The notes under the pieces were generated by a model. That model was not told the origin of the DNA and searched no databases. It saw nothing but the letters and a program-made list of their open reading frames with translations. From positions 1,332,473 to 1,396,472 of the forward strand of contig JAWQFM010000003.1 in NCBI GenBank assembly GCA_033442325.1: a stretch of 64,000 nucleotides of DNA, written 5' to 3'. This document shows positions 14,904-46,879 of this stretch, one piece after another (the stretch's first letter is position 1; each line of letters starts with the position of its first letter). Origin of the DNA: Salpingoeca rosetta. Its lineage: Eukaryota; Protista; Choanoflagellata. Both the position numbers and the translations under genes were made by a program.

Positions 14904-17900
14904 TCAGCGTGCACTCGAGGCCGCATCACTGTTGTTGGACTGATTCTGGCTTGCTGCACTTGTGCTTGTGGTTGCCGACACTGTCGCTTGCGTTGTTGCT
15001 TGGGCTGAAGAAGAAGACGCCAAATTAGGAGAGGCAGACGATGCCTGTGGTGCTGAAGGTGTCCTGGATGTCGTGGTTGAGGCTGCAACGGGAACGCTCG
15101 TGCTGGGCGCCTGCTCCTCGCTGCCACTTTTATTCTTCTCAGCTCCACTGTCACTCGACGGCGCAGTGCCAGACTTGGAAGCAGACGCGGTCGCAGTTGT
15201 CGTTGTAGAGGTCGTGGCGGTGTTGTTCGGTCCCTCGGAAGCAGAAGCGCTTGTTGTGGTGGGCGCTACCGTTGAGGATGGGCCGTGTTCGTTGTGTTCG
15301 TTGGCATCCGCAGCCGAAGCATTAACAGCAGCAGTTGTGTCCGATGTCGCTGTTGTCGCGGCCGCTGCTGCTGCGGTCGCTGGTGACGGCTCGCGTGCCG
15401 ATTGCGGCTGCGCCGCCACCTCCGCCTGCACTGTTCTGATGAGCGTCTCAATCTCCTGCTCCGTGAGACCGTGCAGCCCAAAGTGCGACGGAGACATGTG
15501 TGATGGCGTGGGCTGCGGCACGGGCGGGTCAACAGTTGACGGGCGCCGGCTGTTGATGAGGGACTCGAGCGCAACGTACTCTGACTTGACTTCAAAGATG
15601 GTGTCCTCAAGCTCAACAACGGCTTCGCCATCCAGCACAGGCGGCGATATTCTTGTCCGCAAGGGCTTCGGCCGCCCAAATACAGACAGGCTGCTGTTAG
15701 CGCTGTCTTCCTCCTCCCCCTCCTCCTCCTCCTCCTCCTCATCATCATCATCATCGCCGTCATCGTCAGCGTCGTTGTCACCACCGCCAGTTGAGTTTGC
15801 AGTGGCACCGTTGCCTCCACGCTTGTGGCGTTTTGCTGCGTTTGCAGGGCCTTCCTTGTCGCCCTTCTTGCTGGTGCTTGCGCTGGTGCCGGCGCGGGTG
15901 CCATCATCATCACCACTGCCACCGCCACGAGTACTGCAACTGCTGCGCTTGGCGCTACCCGACATCTTGATAGCCCGAGAGGCAGTCACATCGGTGTCAC
16001 CCTTTTCAGCGCCGCCATCACGTCCATCACCACCCTTGCTATCTACTGCTGTCGTCACATCATCCCCGCGCGGCTTCAGCGAAGAGCCACCGCGGTCGCC
16101 TGCTGTGGCGTCCATCGAACTGACGCGCCGAAGCTCAGCACCACTGCCAAGGGCACGGGCACGGGCACTGCTTCGCTGGTCACCGGCTGCTGACCCATTG
16201 CTGCTGCGCATGGATGACAGACCCGAGCCAAGCGAGAGTGTGCGGGCGCGAACCGCTGAATGGCGCAGGGAGCTTGCAGATGGCAGCGAAAACAGCTCAT
16301 CGTATGCTGCCCTTGCCGTCGCTTCCTCGTCATCATCCTCGTTACCGCCACTTGGGCCTGGTGCATCGAGTACACGGCCGGCAGGGTGGCTGGCGAGCAG
16401 TCCAGCGAGGGCGCGGGGCGGGGACGAGGTTGGCGGCGTGAGCGACGGTGGATCACCAGTGCGCGGGAAGTACATGCGGTCATCGCCGCTGCCAAACATC
16501 ATTGCGGCCTCGTCCATGTGCAGAATATCCAGCGGGCCGGAGTGCGCATCTGCGAGCGTTGGGTCATGGTGCAGGACACAGGGCATGGTGAGCGTCGGAT
16601 GTATTGCACACACAAGAGCGAAAACAAGAAACAGAGAAGTAAACCGAGCCAACTGTTCACAGGAAACGTTGAGCCCAACACACACACACGCACGTACACA
16701 CACGCACGTACACCACAAACACGTACACCACGAGCACACACCGTGTGTTGGCGAGTGTGCGCCGGCCACTGCTGCCAGCGTGCGGAAGCGCATGGCCGTG
16801 CGGGGTGACGGCGGTGGTGTTGGCTTCGACGACGCCGACGACGATGTGGACGACGACGTCGTGTTGGAGGCGAGTGGCGGGCCTGGCTTGCTCAGACGGG
16901 AGCGAAGGAGACCAACGGCACTCGGCGTGAGGGACGGTGGTACGTGGCCGGGTGGGGGGCCAAACACTTCGTGCTCGAGGTGTCGCGTAAACTCCTCCAC
17001 GGCGTCAAAGTCGAGGTCAAGGTCAAACATCGTCAGCAGCGAGGGGTCGTGCAGCAGCTCCTGTGACGGTGCGAGCATGCATGGCACACGGAGCAACGCC
17101 AAATGGTGTCGGAGGGGGAAGAAGTAGTGAGTGGTGAGTGGTGAGTGGTGAGCGGTGAGCGGAAGGATTGGTAGTGACATTTTCTCAGCATAAGGAGGTG
17201 ATGCGGATGGACGACAGGCAAACAAACATCCCAAACAAACAGCCTTGCAGCAAGCTAGCAGAACCCACCTGCTCTGCCTCTGTGAGTTCAACGCCGAGGA
17301 ACGTGGTTGGAAGACCAGAGTGCACCGCCTCAATCACCGCATCTCGCGATAGCCGCGGGTTCCTGCGCATGTGCGTTTGTGTTTGTGTTTGTGTTTGTGT
17401 TTGTGTTTGTGTTTGTGTTTGCGTTTGTGTTTGTGTTTGTGTTTGTGTTTGTGTTTGCGTTTGTGTTTGTGTGTGCACATGAGACAACAACGTCAGCCAA
17501 GTATCTTTGTCACACATGATCGTGCATTTTCCAAGATGTACACACAGCAGTATACACCAACACACAGCAGCAACACAGCAACAACCAAAAACAACTGCAG
17601 TCTCAGTGAAGATGCCGCAGCAGCGCAAGCCCTTTCTCCCACGTGCCCCTCCCCCCTCCTCACCTGATCAAATCGCGTAATCTCATGTGGTGGAAGCACA
17701 TGGGCGGGTCCTGGCACCGGAGAATCGGCTTCAGGCACTTGTGACCGCTGTCGCCAACATGCTGACACGGCTTGAAGAGCACCTGGTTGTGGTCATGGAG
17801 AATGTGGACGGTGCAGTACTGGCTGAACGGCACACGCCTATATAGCCACAAGCAGGTGGTGGTGTGTGTGTGTGTGGGGGGGGGGGTTGACGAATGAATC

Positions 17901-18000
17901 GAGGAAAGGAACAGGGCGTGGTGCTGGGGACTGTACTTGACACATCACACAGCACACACACGCACACACACACATGTACACACGCACAACACACATGTAC

Positions 18001-18097
<97 letters not shown>

Positions 18098-20329
18098 GTC
18101 TGCAAACACACAAACATCATGCACACCTTCGCTGGCATGGGGGAAGGTAGTCTGAGGTGAACACACAGGTCGGGTGCAGGGGCTGCTGCGCATTGGGATT
18201 CGCTTGCATGTATTTGCCTGAACACACAGGCAGAACAAGGGGGGGGGGGTGTTGTGGATAGATAGAGGGGTAAGAGTGAGTGGCAACAGCTGAGCAAGTT
18301 GAGCGAACGAGTGGGCAGACATGTGCAGACATGTGCATGTGTAAAGTGTGGACAGAACAGCTGAGGTTGGTGTTGAACAAGAGAAAGTTCAACAGCCGTG
18401 GATGTAACACTGTGTGAGCAGCAATGCTGGAAACACTGTTGCGTAACGTGCACTGACGTTGCTCGGCGAGACGGAGGCGGGCAATGTATAGCGCTCGATC
18501 TTCGCTGTCGGGATACTGATGGGAGACACGAGCATAAGAGGAAGACGAGAGGAGTAGATGCGGGGTGAGAAGGGGTGAGATGAACGAACATCGGTGTGAA
18601 CCACAACAGATGGGGTAAGGGAATAGCCGACAGCATGTGCTGTTGGGATGACGTCACCCACGACAGCGCAATAGTATGGAAAGGCCCGCTTCAACACACA
18701 CACACACGCACACACACACAAACACACACACACACACACACATAGCACCCACGCGCGCGCGCTCACACACACACACATACACACATACACACACACATAG
18801 CATCCAACACTCTGATTACGTGCGTCCCGCCGCTCCCCTCACACCAGCACTACCAGCCATTAACAACAAAGCGGCATGAGCACAGCACCGGGAGCGGGTT
18901 GGCTGATCCTGGCGACTCTTCGAAGAGATCAAGACCAGGCGGAGGCGGCTGCCACTGCTGCTCCGAGGGCATCTTCCCAAGCAGCGGCTGCGAATATGAT
19001 GTTGGCCGGGTGTTGGGTGAGCAGGTGTGGAGAACAGGTGTTGACATGCTAGCACGTGTACACACAAACGCATTGCACATGCACATGCACATACACATAC
19101 ATGCACACACAATGCACACACAATGCACATACACACACAAACACACATACACAAATAGGCTGCACGCGTACACACAAACAGGCTGCACCCGTACGTTGTT
19201 GCGGAGGTTGCGTGCGTTTGTGGACAGACCAGCCGCCTTTCGGCGGGAAATGTAAGTCATACGCGCAAGCAGCAGCTCGCGGCGTAACCGCTTCTGTTGA
19301 TCTGGTGGCACGTTGGAATGTGTGTGTGTGTGGGGGGGGGTTTGAGAGACTGGCAAAGACGAAACAGGGCGACACACAACAATTGCAGGCGCTCACAACG
19401 GCACACACACGCACACATTCACGCATTCACACATTCACGCATTCACACATGCACACACGCACACATTCACATATTCACACATGCACGCACGCACGTGCAC
19501 AAATTCATTCAAAACCAACACGTGACGCACTTTGGTACATGGAGATGAGACGCTGCAGGACCGCGCGCTTCTTTCGGTACATGTCCACAACAGTCACCGG
19601 GGCCTGCGCATACACACACACACATACACACACACGCACGCATGCACGCACATACGCACACACACGCACATACACACGCACGTGCAGATTGAACAAAGTC
19701 GTGAGGCGATGCACACCGGCTTGCAGTTGCCACACAGCGACGAATGCAAACAGCTGCACGCACGCACGCACGCTCGTCAGCACCTGGTATGGAAGGTGGT
19801 CGTGGGAAGTGCCGTCTGAGTCATCATCAGACTCGCTCAGGCCGTCGTGCCACTTGACGCGCCAGTACTCTTTCTGCTCACACACACACATACGCATAGC
19901 AGTAGGAGTGAGATGAAGGCGGGGATGAAGAGTGTAAGAAGAGGTAGGCATGAATGCAGCAGTACTGCGCATGCAACGGCAGCAACAGCGGGCAAGCGAT
20001 GGCACCAACAGTCGTGCAGCACCTGCTGTTGCTTCAGGCGATCGGCGAGGAGCGGAGAAAACATGACCTCGTCCTCCTCCATCTCGGGATCGCTCGAGTC
20101 GTACTCGTAGTCCGGCTGCACATTCACACGCACGCATCACACATACACATATTCGTACATGCACATGCACAGTGAGGTGTGATTGGAGTCGCTTCCTCAC
20201 TTATTCCACAAACACACACATTTACACACNNNNNNNNNNNNNNNNNNNNNNNNNNNNNNNNNNNNNNNNNNNNNNNNNNNNNNNNNNNNNNNNNNNNNNN
20301 NNNNNNNNNNNNNNNNNNNNNNNNNNNNN

Positions 20330-20390
<61 letters not shown>

Positions 20391-20797
20391 TTCACACACA
20401 CACACACACACACGCACGTACACACGTACACATGTGGGCACTTACGTCGATGGTTCGTCGATCCACTTTGCGCATGTACGACTTCTTTGTCTTGACCTTG
20501 AAGGGCTTGTCACCGAGCGGGGGTCCTTTCTTTTGCTTCAACGTGTTGTGATGCGCACCACCACCACCACCACCGCCGTTGCTCCCACCATTGTTGTTGG
20601 TGCTGGCCGTGCTGGAGTGGCTTCCAGCGGACGGCCCTGTTGACGATGGTCGAGGCTGGCGTACACACAGGTGCATGTACATGTACGCATGAGTCGACCA
20701 TCGCAACAGGGCAATGCGTTTCTTGCCACGCAGGCGCAGTATGTATCCACATACATACGAATACAGATACGAATACAGATATGAATACAGATACGAT

Positions 20798-20854
<57 letters not shown>

Positions 20855-21759
20855 ACACATACACACACACATACACACACACCTACCTCTGATGATGACG
20901 GAGAGGGTGAGTGCTCTGCACAGTAGAGGTATCCTGGAATCGCGCGCTGTTTGCATGGGGGATTGCGGAACGTACACATCCCATATGTGGAAGGGGCAGG
21001 GGCAGATGAAGATGATGACGGCCGAGCCATGCCCGGTGACGAGTAGTGCGTTCCACCAGCATTGGTTGGCCCACGTTGGCCGTACCGCGCAGTGGCTTGG
21101 TGGTGGTGTGGGGTGGTTGGTCCGGTTGTGTATGGGCTTGGGCGGGACAGGGTGCTTGAAGGCCCGCCGCTCGTGTATCGATACGGTCCTTGCGTGCCGC
21201 TGGTGTAAGCCGTTCCTGTCGAGGACGACCCTGCTCTGTGACGTGGTGCTGCTGTTCGCGCAGGCACCGACGCCGGCTGGGGCGCATAAGCAGAGGATGT
21301 GGACGGGAGCGACGACGATACCGGGCCTGGCGCCCCAGCACGGACGCCGTTCCGGTGTGGTGGCGGGGCGGTGCTTCCGCTGCTGGGAGCTGCGCCGGTT
21401 GAGTATCGCGGTCCACCCACATAGGACGAAACGCCCTGGGTTGGAGGAGGTGCGTAGCCCTGGGTGGGCGGCGGCACGCCATACCGTGCAGGGTGCCCCG
21501 TGCTTGGGGGCGGTGCAGTGTTGCCGCGGTTCGTTGGCACGCCATACGCCGATCCCGGCTGGTTCGGATATGCGGTTGCTCCTGCAGCTGGTGTTGTGGA
21601 CGATGGCGACTGTGAAGACATGACGGTGCCACGTGGCGCCGTGCCCATGCCCGATGGCGGCGGCGGGCGCGCGTGCTGCATGGAGGCCGCAGGCGTGGAT
21701 GCATACGTGGGTTGTGTGGCCGATGCAGCCTGGTACACGGGCTGCCGAGACGATGACAT
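14904..21759 (-). CDS. zf-C3Hc3H domain protein, KANSL2/INO80D family (chromatin complex subunit), multi-exon, spans a 100-N gap
   Basis: Spliced C3HC3H finger [65 protein letters not shown]-terminal half-finger [22 protein letters not shown]. Helix [18 protein letters not shown] resembles KANSL2 LIRLQSLYIDQFKRLQHLL. Start [10 protein letters not shown] at 21759. Confidence 0.75.
17376..17470 (+). repeat. (TGTTTG)n hexamer repeat, intronic
   Basis: Seen directly in the sequence. Confidence 0.95.
20230..20329. other. Assembly gap (100 N)
   Basis: Run of N. Confidence 1.
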
Positions 21760-22228
21760 GACTCGCAGCTGCTCTGGCTGCTGCTGCTCTGGCTGCTGCT
21801 GCTGGATGCCGTTCTTGTGGCTGCTGCTCGTGGTGTTTCTGGCTAGGTAGTGGTGCTGGGTGTGCTGTTTTGATGGAGGGGGAGAGGAGGGACGCCCCTT
21901 GCTTGTACGGTGTGTCTCACAGACGCGGACAACGAGCCTGACACTGAGCGCGCACGCGTGCGTGTGTGCCTGGCTATCGCACGTACACAGGACTGCGCCC
22001 CCGCGGCTGCTGACACATGCACGAACAACAACAACGCGCAACACGTGAACGAAGAAGCAGCAAGCAGCAAGCACCAAGACGACGAGTGCAAAAATACGGC
22101 ACACAAACCAACAACCAACAAGGAAGGAGCAAGAGGCAACTGCCTGCCTGCCTGTCTGCATTGTGGTGTGGTGTTGTGTTGTGTTGTGGTCGTGGTGGAG
22201 CGAGCGGGCGTGCAAGGAACGACAAGCA

Positions 22229-26812
<4,584 letters not shown>

Positions 26813-27204
26813 CTGCGTGGTGGATGTGTGGAACGTGCAAAGCAGGGGTCTGACCACCACCCACCACCCACGCACAGGGCACAACAACATGTTACGTTAC
26901 AGTTGCTTGTGCGCATGCGATCTGCTTCAATTTGGGTTCATTGTGGGAGGAAGGTCAACACGATGCTGATGTTTACAACGTGCACATGACCAGAACAGAG
27001 GGTGTGGTGGGGACGAATAAACGTCAACAATAGCACTGGGTTGCGCCAACAACAGAGCATCACACAACAGTCAACATGTGAAAGGGACAGTGGCAACGCC
27101 GCGTCTCACACAACACAACCGACAAGACAGCATCAAAGCACGCGTGCGTGCATATGTGTGTGTGTGTGTGTGTGCATGTGCGTGTGCGTGTGCGTGTGCG
27201 GGGT

Positions 27205-32708
<5,504 letters not shown>

Positions 32709-33168
32709 GCTTCTTCAGCGGTGAGAGAGAGAGAGAGAGCAGGAAATGAAGGGGGACGGTCGGGTCTTTGCGATCAAACTGGCGGGCGGGAGAGTGAGTG
32801 AAACGAAGGACAGCAGCGAGAGATTGTGTGCGTGTTTGTGAGGATGAATGACGACGAAAGAAAGAGAAGAAAAGAGGGAGGAACAGTGGAAACAAACACA
32901 CGCACACAACAAGCAAACCAAAGCAGGCAGGCAAGCAAGCAAACAGGCAACAACACAACCACGCAGGCAGCCAGTGAAACCTCTGCAGGTGAGGTAGGAC
33001 GACAACAACAACAACGGAAGGCAAGCGAGCAAGAAGCACACACACAGTGCCCCTTCTTCTTCTCCACGCTGCACAGCAGGACCACCAACGCCACGACTCA
33101 CTGATTGCATTGGTGGATATGCTGCCTCGGTGTACGTTTCGCCAAATCAAAAGGAGAGCCTGAATTCA

Positions 33169-33196
33169 GTTGCCACAAACGACTTCTCTTGGCAAC
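33169..33196. promoter_or_regulatory. Inverted pair of RFX (X-box) half-sites GTTGCCA-N14-TGGCAAC upstream of DRC11
   Basis: GTTGCCA at 33169-33175 and TGGCAAC at 33190-33196, ~160-185 bp before the ATG of a ciliary gene. Confidence 0.55.
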
Positions 33197-33353
33197 AAAC
33201 AGCACAACAGCCAATACAGCGAGCAGCAGCAAGCTTGCGACTGTGTGCGTGTGTGCGTGTGTGCGTGTGTGCGTGTGTGCGTGTGTGCGTGTGTGCTTGT
33301 GTGGGAGGCAGCAAACAAAAACCAAAGCAGCAACCAACCAACCAACCACAGCC

Positions 33354-41748
<8,395 letters not shown>

Positions 41749-42142
41749 TACGCCACTGTCTTGCTCTGTGTATGTATGTGTGTGTCTGTGAGTTCCATAT
41801 GCGTCTCTGTGTATGCGTGTGTTTGTTCTCTTTGCCCCAGCAAACGCTACATGTCTCCTTTTCGGTTGGGCTGCAGTGATGAGATGTGATGATTGATGAG
41901 CGAGACAATGAATAAGCATGGCTCGCTGTGTGACATGCATTGACAACAAGTCGTTCGAAGACAACAACCAAACCACAACAACAAAAACCAAACAAAGGCA
42001 GTGTAGAAAATCAGTTGAAGATGTTCGTGAAAGGGCATTTCTGCTGTGCGCCAAGTTGGTACATCTCAATCAACTGCTCTCCTTCCCGCAGACGACCAAC
42101 AACCAACCTCTCTAGGAATAAAGTTGATGAGAGGGGATCCTC

Positions 42143-42196
42143 ATGTTGGCACCATTCCGGCATCGTGGGGTCTGTGTTTGTGTGTATGTGTGTGTG

Positions 42197-42266
<70 letters not shown>

Positions 42267-43205
42267 TGTGTGTTTCGTGTTTGTGTGTGTGTGTTTCGTG
42301 TTTGTGGCATTTGATATGCTGCACTCCTACTACAACTCACTCACGCTACCGCAACTCACTCACGGTATCCAATGCAGGCACATCGGAGCTGTCCTCAACA
42401 TTCTCCGAGTTTCACAACTCCGAATCCATCCGCGCAGTTAAGGTTGTCATTGAGGACGGTACGTTGTACACGAAGACGCACAGCCCATCATCGATGAGTT
42501 TATGCGAATGTGCTGCGACGTTGTTCTGTTTGAGGTTCCACGAGCATCCACACGCTCTGAGTCTTACTCGCTTACCCGTGACTTCCTACACTCAACGCTG
42601 CCCTTGTGCATCACAGAGACGCTCGTGGCCAAGGATGTTGTGAATGCCAGCGGCGACTGGCGCGAGGACTTTGATGGCGCCATCACTCCAGTGGGATTTC
42701 GTTGTTGTTTGTTGTTGTTGTTGTTGCTGTTGCTGTTGTTGCTGATGTTTGTTCTTGTTCTTGTTCTTGTTCTTGTTCTTGTTCTTGTTCTTGTTCTTGT
42801 TCTTGTTGTTTCACGCAGCAACAAGCATGGGCTGCGCGTGCCGTGTTATTTTGAGCGACACTGTTGCCTTTTCACTGACATGTCAGCAACCCAACGCGTT
42901 CACACACACACACACACACTCACACACTCACACACACACACCCCTTTGCACAGCTGCTCGAGGAGAAGAAGCCGTGCTATCTGCTGTACCGCCTTGATTC
43001 GCGCAATGCTTCTGGCTTTGACTTTGTCTTCATTGCCTGGAGCCCAGACTTTGCCAACGTGAAGGAAAAGATGTTGTACGCTTCCACAAAGGCCACCTTC
43101 AAGCAGACTTTTGGCACGCGGTACATCAAGGAGGAACTCTACGCCACAGAGCCGGTGCGCGTGTGTACGTCTGTCTGTCTGTCTGTCTGTCTGTATTTGT
43201 ACCAG

Positions 43206-43260
<55 letters not shown>

Positions 43261-44079
43261 AGTTTTGCACTGCCGGCTCACATTTCTATTCATCACCAAC
43301 TCTCCACCTTCTTCTTATGCCTTCGTTGATTTGCCCATTACCGCCAACAGAAAGATACGACGCTCGAGGCATACGATAGGCACCTCGTCAGCGAGGCCGC
43401 CCCGCCCCCTCTTACAGAGGAAGAGATTGAGAAGGCAGAAATCCGGCAGGCAGAGGTGCGATTGCCTCGCTGCCGTGGATTGACGTCTGTTGAGGGTGTG
43501 ATTATCGATCACGCTTCGCCTGCCAACACTGCATTGATTCCCACAGCTCACACACTCACTCTCACTCTCACTCTCACATACGCGCATGCATACGCCTCAT
43601 GAATCACCGTGCCCCCTCCCCTCCCCAATACAACGACAATCACATGCAGACCGGCGCGAACATTGGCGTGTCGACGAAGCGTCAGGTTGCGACGGGTGTG
43701 TCGTTTCCGCTCGATGCAGACGCAATGGCGGCTGTCAACGACTTCAAGGCAGACAAGAAGACATACGTTCAACTGGTGTGTGTGTGTGTGTGTGTGTGTG
43801 TGTCTGTGTCTGTGTCTGTGTCTGTGCGTGTGTCTGTGTGTGTGTGTGTGTGCGTACATGTCTTCATGTCAACATCGGTACGTGCACCCTGTTGACAGCG
43901 CCAATATAACCCCCATCTCCACCACCTGACCACACCATTGCTCCTCTCCAGCGTCTTGATCTGGATGCTGAGCAGATCAAACTTGCCAAGGCTGACAAGT
44001 CTTCCATCGACGATATTGCCGCCCAAGTGCCCGAGGACGCGGTGAGCCACCAGCACAGATGCACGTGCATGAGTTTGTC

Positions 44080-44132
<53 letters not shown>

Positions 44133-44667
44133 GTGTGCATTTGTGTACATGTGTTTCGGTCGTCCTTTGGGAAGCGTTCTCCTGACAGATTGTACGCTCA
44201 CACACGCGCGCTTGCAACCACATGCACGTTGCTTGTGGCGCAGGCACGGTATCATCTCTTCAACTTCAAGCACAGCCACGAGGGCGACAACATGGAGTCA
44301 GCCGTGTTTGTGTACTCCTGCCCAGGCTACAAGTGCAGCGTTAAGGTAGAATGGTGTATGTGAGTGTGTGTGTGTGTGTGTGTGAATGTGTGTGTGTGTG
44401 TGTCTGTGTGTGTGTGTTTGTGTGTTTGTGTGTGTATGTGTGTGTGTTCGTTCATGTCTGATTGTGTTTCACTGTCTGTGGTGTTCAAGTCACTCACCAC
44501 TGCGGTGCTGCTGTCGCCCCTGTGCTGTGCTGTATTGCAGGAACGCATGATGTACTCGACGTGCAAAGGCCCACTCATCGACACCCTCGAGGACGAAGTC
44601 GGCATCCAGCTCGCAAAGAAGGTGCCATTGTGTTGTGGTTTTCTGTGCACGCGTGTATGTCTTCCTG

Positions 44668-44746
<79 letters not shown>

Positions 44747-45178
44747 CTCTGTCTGCTCGGAGGACCTTCATCTGTACGTGTGTACGCTTCGTGCGTGCGT
44801 GTATTCACCCCCTTTTAACTGCCTCCCTCCTCCCTCCTCTTCTCACACCTGCATGTGCACTCACCCTGGTCCTCCAAACCCCGCCAGCTTGAGATCTCCG
44901 AGGGCTCTGAGTTTACGCAGGAGTGGCTCTACGACACACTGCACCCAAAGCAGGTGCGACTGCCACGCTTGGCTTTCGTTGCCCCCCCCCCAGAAACAAA
45001 GCAACCTGCAATGTGTTTCAGCATGCGTCTTAAACCTCCTGGCGTGCTTGCTGTTCACTGCCACTCACGTATGCACCCCCCGCGCACCCATTTCATTCAG
45101 GTCGTGTTCAAGCAAAAGTTCAAGAAGCCTGCGCGCCCCGGCAAGGGTGGCCGTCGCCTTATCCGCGACCGCAAGTGA
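42143..45178 (+). CDS. TWF: Twinfilin (two ADF-H domains + capping-protein-binding tail); first exon uncertain
   Basis: [68 protein letters not shown]…[23 protein letters not shown], tail [16 protein letters not shown]. Confidence 0.95.
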
Positions 45179-45293
45179 AGCAGCGGACGGAATGCACCAG
45201 CAGCACCTCACACGTGCTTTGCATGATGTGATGTGGCTGGTGTGAGCTGTCTTTCCTTTTTTTTGCTTGCTTGCTTGCTTGCTTGCTTGCTTT

Positions 45294-45332
<39 letters not shown>

Positions 45333-45692
45333 AGGGGGCTTGGTCTTTTGTTTGTTCGCGCTGTTATGCAGACGTGCTGGGTTTCGAGGGAGGAGTGCTT
45401 GCTTGCTTGCTTGTCTGGAGGAGACGAAGCAAGGAGAGTGGAGGGGAAGAGGTGTGGTGGATGGATTGATGTGTCAGCAGCAGTTTGGCCAAAAATAAAC
45501 ACAAACAAACAAACACAAGCAAGAAGACAAGCAAGCAAGCAAGCAAGCAAGCAACAAGCGAGCGAGCACCCCTCTCATTTACAACAACAGCATCAATCAC
45601 AACTCCACTGACAGCAACGAAGCAAGGGACTCGCTCGATTGAAGACTGAAGTGAACGACTTGTGTGGAGGAGATTAACGCAAAGACACAAGG

Positions 45693-46297
45693 ATGGGCGA
45701 CAAGCAAGCGAAGCAGCAGCGACAGATCACCGGCGTTGTCGTTGGGTGTGGACAGCGCGGCTATGGCTACTGTGAGTACACCCTGTTTTATGTTCCACAT
45801 CAACAACATCACAGCAGAGGGACAGGAATGGTGGAATGATGGGCTCGTGTCTCTCAATGCGGGGGCTTTGGGGGGGGGGGGGGCGCTGTGTTCGTCGTGC
45901 ACATCACTCACGTCGTTTTGTGTTCTTGATGCCACGACAGCCCTGTACGCGCGCGACTACCCTGATCGCATGAAGATTGTCGCAGCCGCAGGTATGAAGA
46001 CAGACTGCTTGGCGGCAATACTCCACTGTACTGTACTGTCCATGGCCTTGTGTAGCAACGACGTGTGTTCTTCGTCTGGTCTTCGTCCCTGCGATATGCA
46101 TGGCCGCATGATTCGGCCCCATGGTTCGGCTACATGACTTACATCTTCTCCCCATAATGGGTCTTGTCGCTCTAGATCCGAAGACGTTTCGACGAGACAT
46201 GATGAAGCAGGCCCATGACCTCGACGATGACCACATCTTCACAGACTGGCGCGAGGTATGTGTTTGCTTGTGTGTGTGTGTGTGCGTGTGTTTGGGC

Positions 46298-46340
<43 letters not shown>

Positions 46341-46808
46341 ACACGCACACACACACGCACACACACACGCACACACACACTCTCTCTCTGTCGCTGCTTT
46401 GTGCACAAACCCCCAGCCCATTCATTTTCACACTGCCACAAGGGCGTTGTGCTTGCTGTTGATCTTTGTGATTCATGATGCTGACCTCACTCCTTGCGCT
46501 GGGTGACAGTTGGCAAAGCGCGGAAAGATTGCCGACTTTGTGCTCGTGGCAACACAAGATCGCGACCACAAGGTGTGTTGCGGAACAACCTCACCAGCCA
46601 CAACAGTGCTGTTCAGCTTACATGTCCCAACACACACACACGCACGCACACACACACATGCACACACACACACACGCACACACGCACACGCACGCACGCA
46701 CGCACGCACGCACATGCTCACATACTCATTCTCACCCCACCTTTCACAGGAGCCAGCGATCGCCTTTGCCAACCTTGGATATCACGTTCTCCTGGAGAAG
46801 CCAATGGC

Positions 46809-46879
<71 letters not shown>

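Noticed and set aside
14962-17127. 721-aa + strand ORF, and similar antisense ORFs at 4094-5182 and 54298-54789
   Set aside because: Antisense shadows of GC-rich, low-complexity minus-strand exons, with no recognisable motifs.
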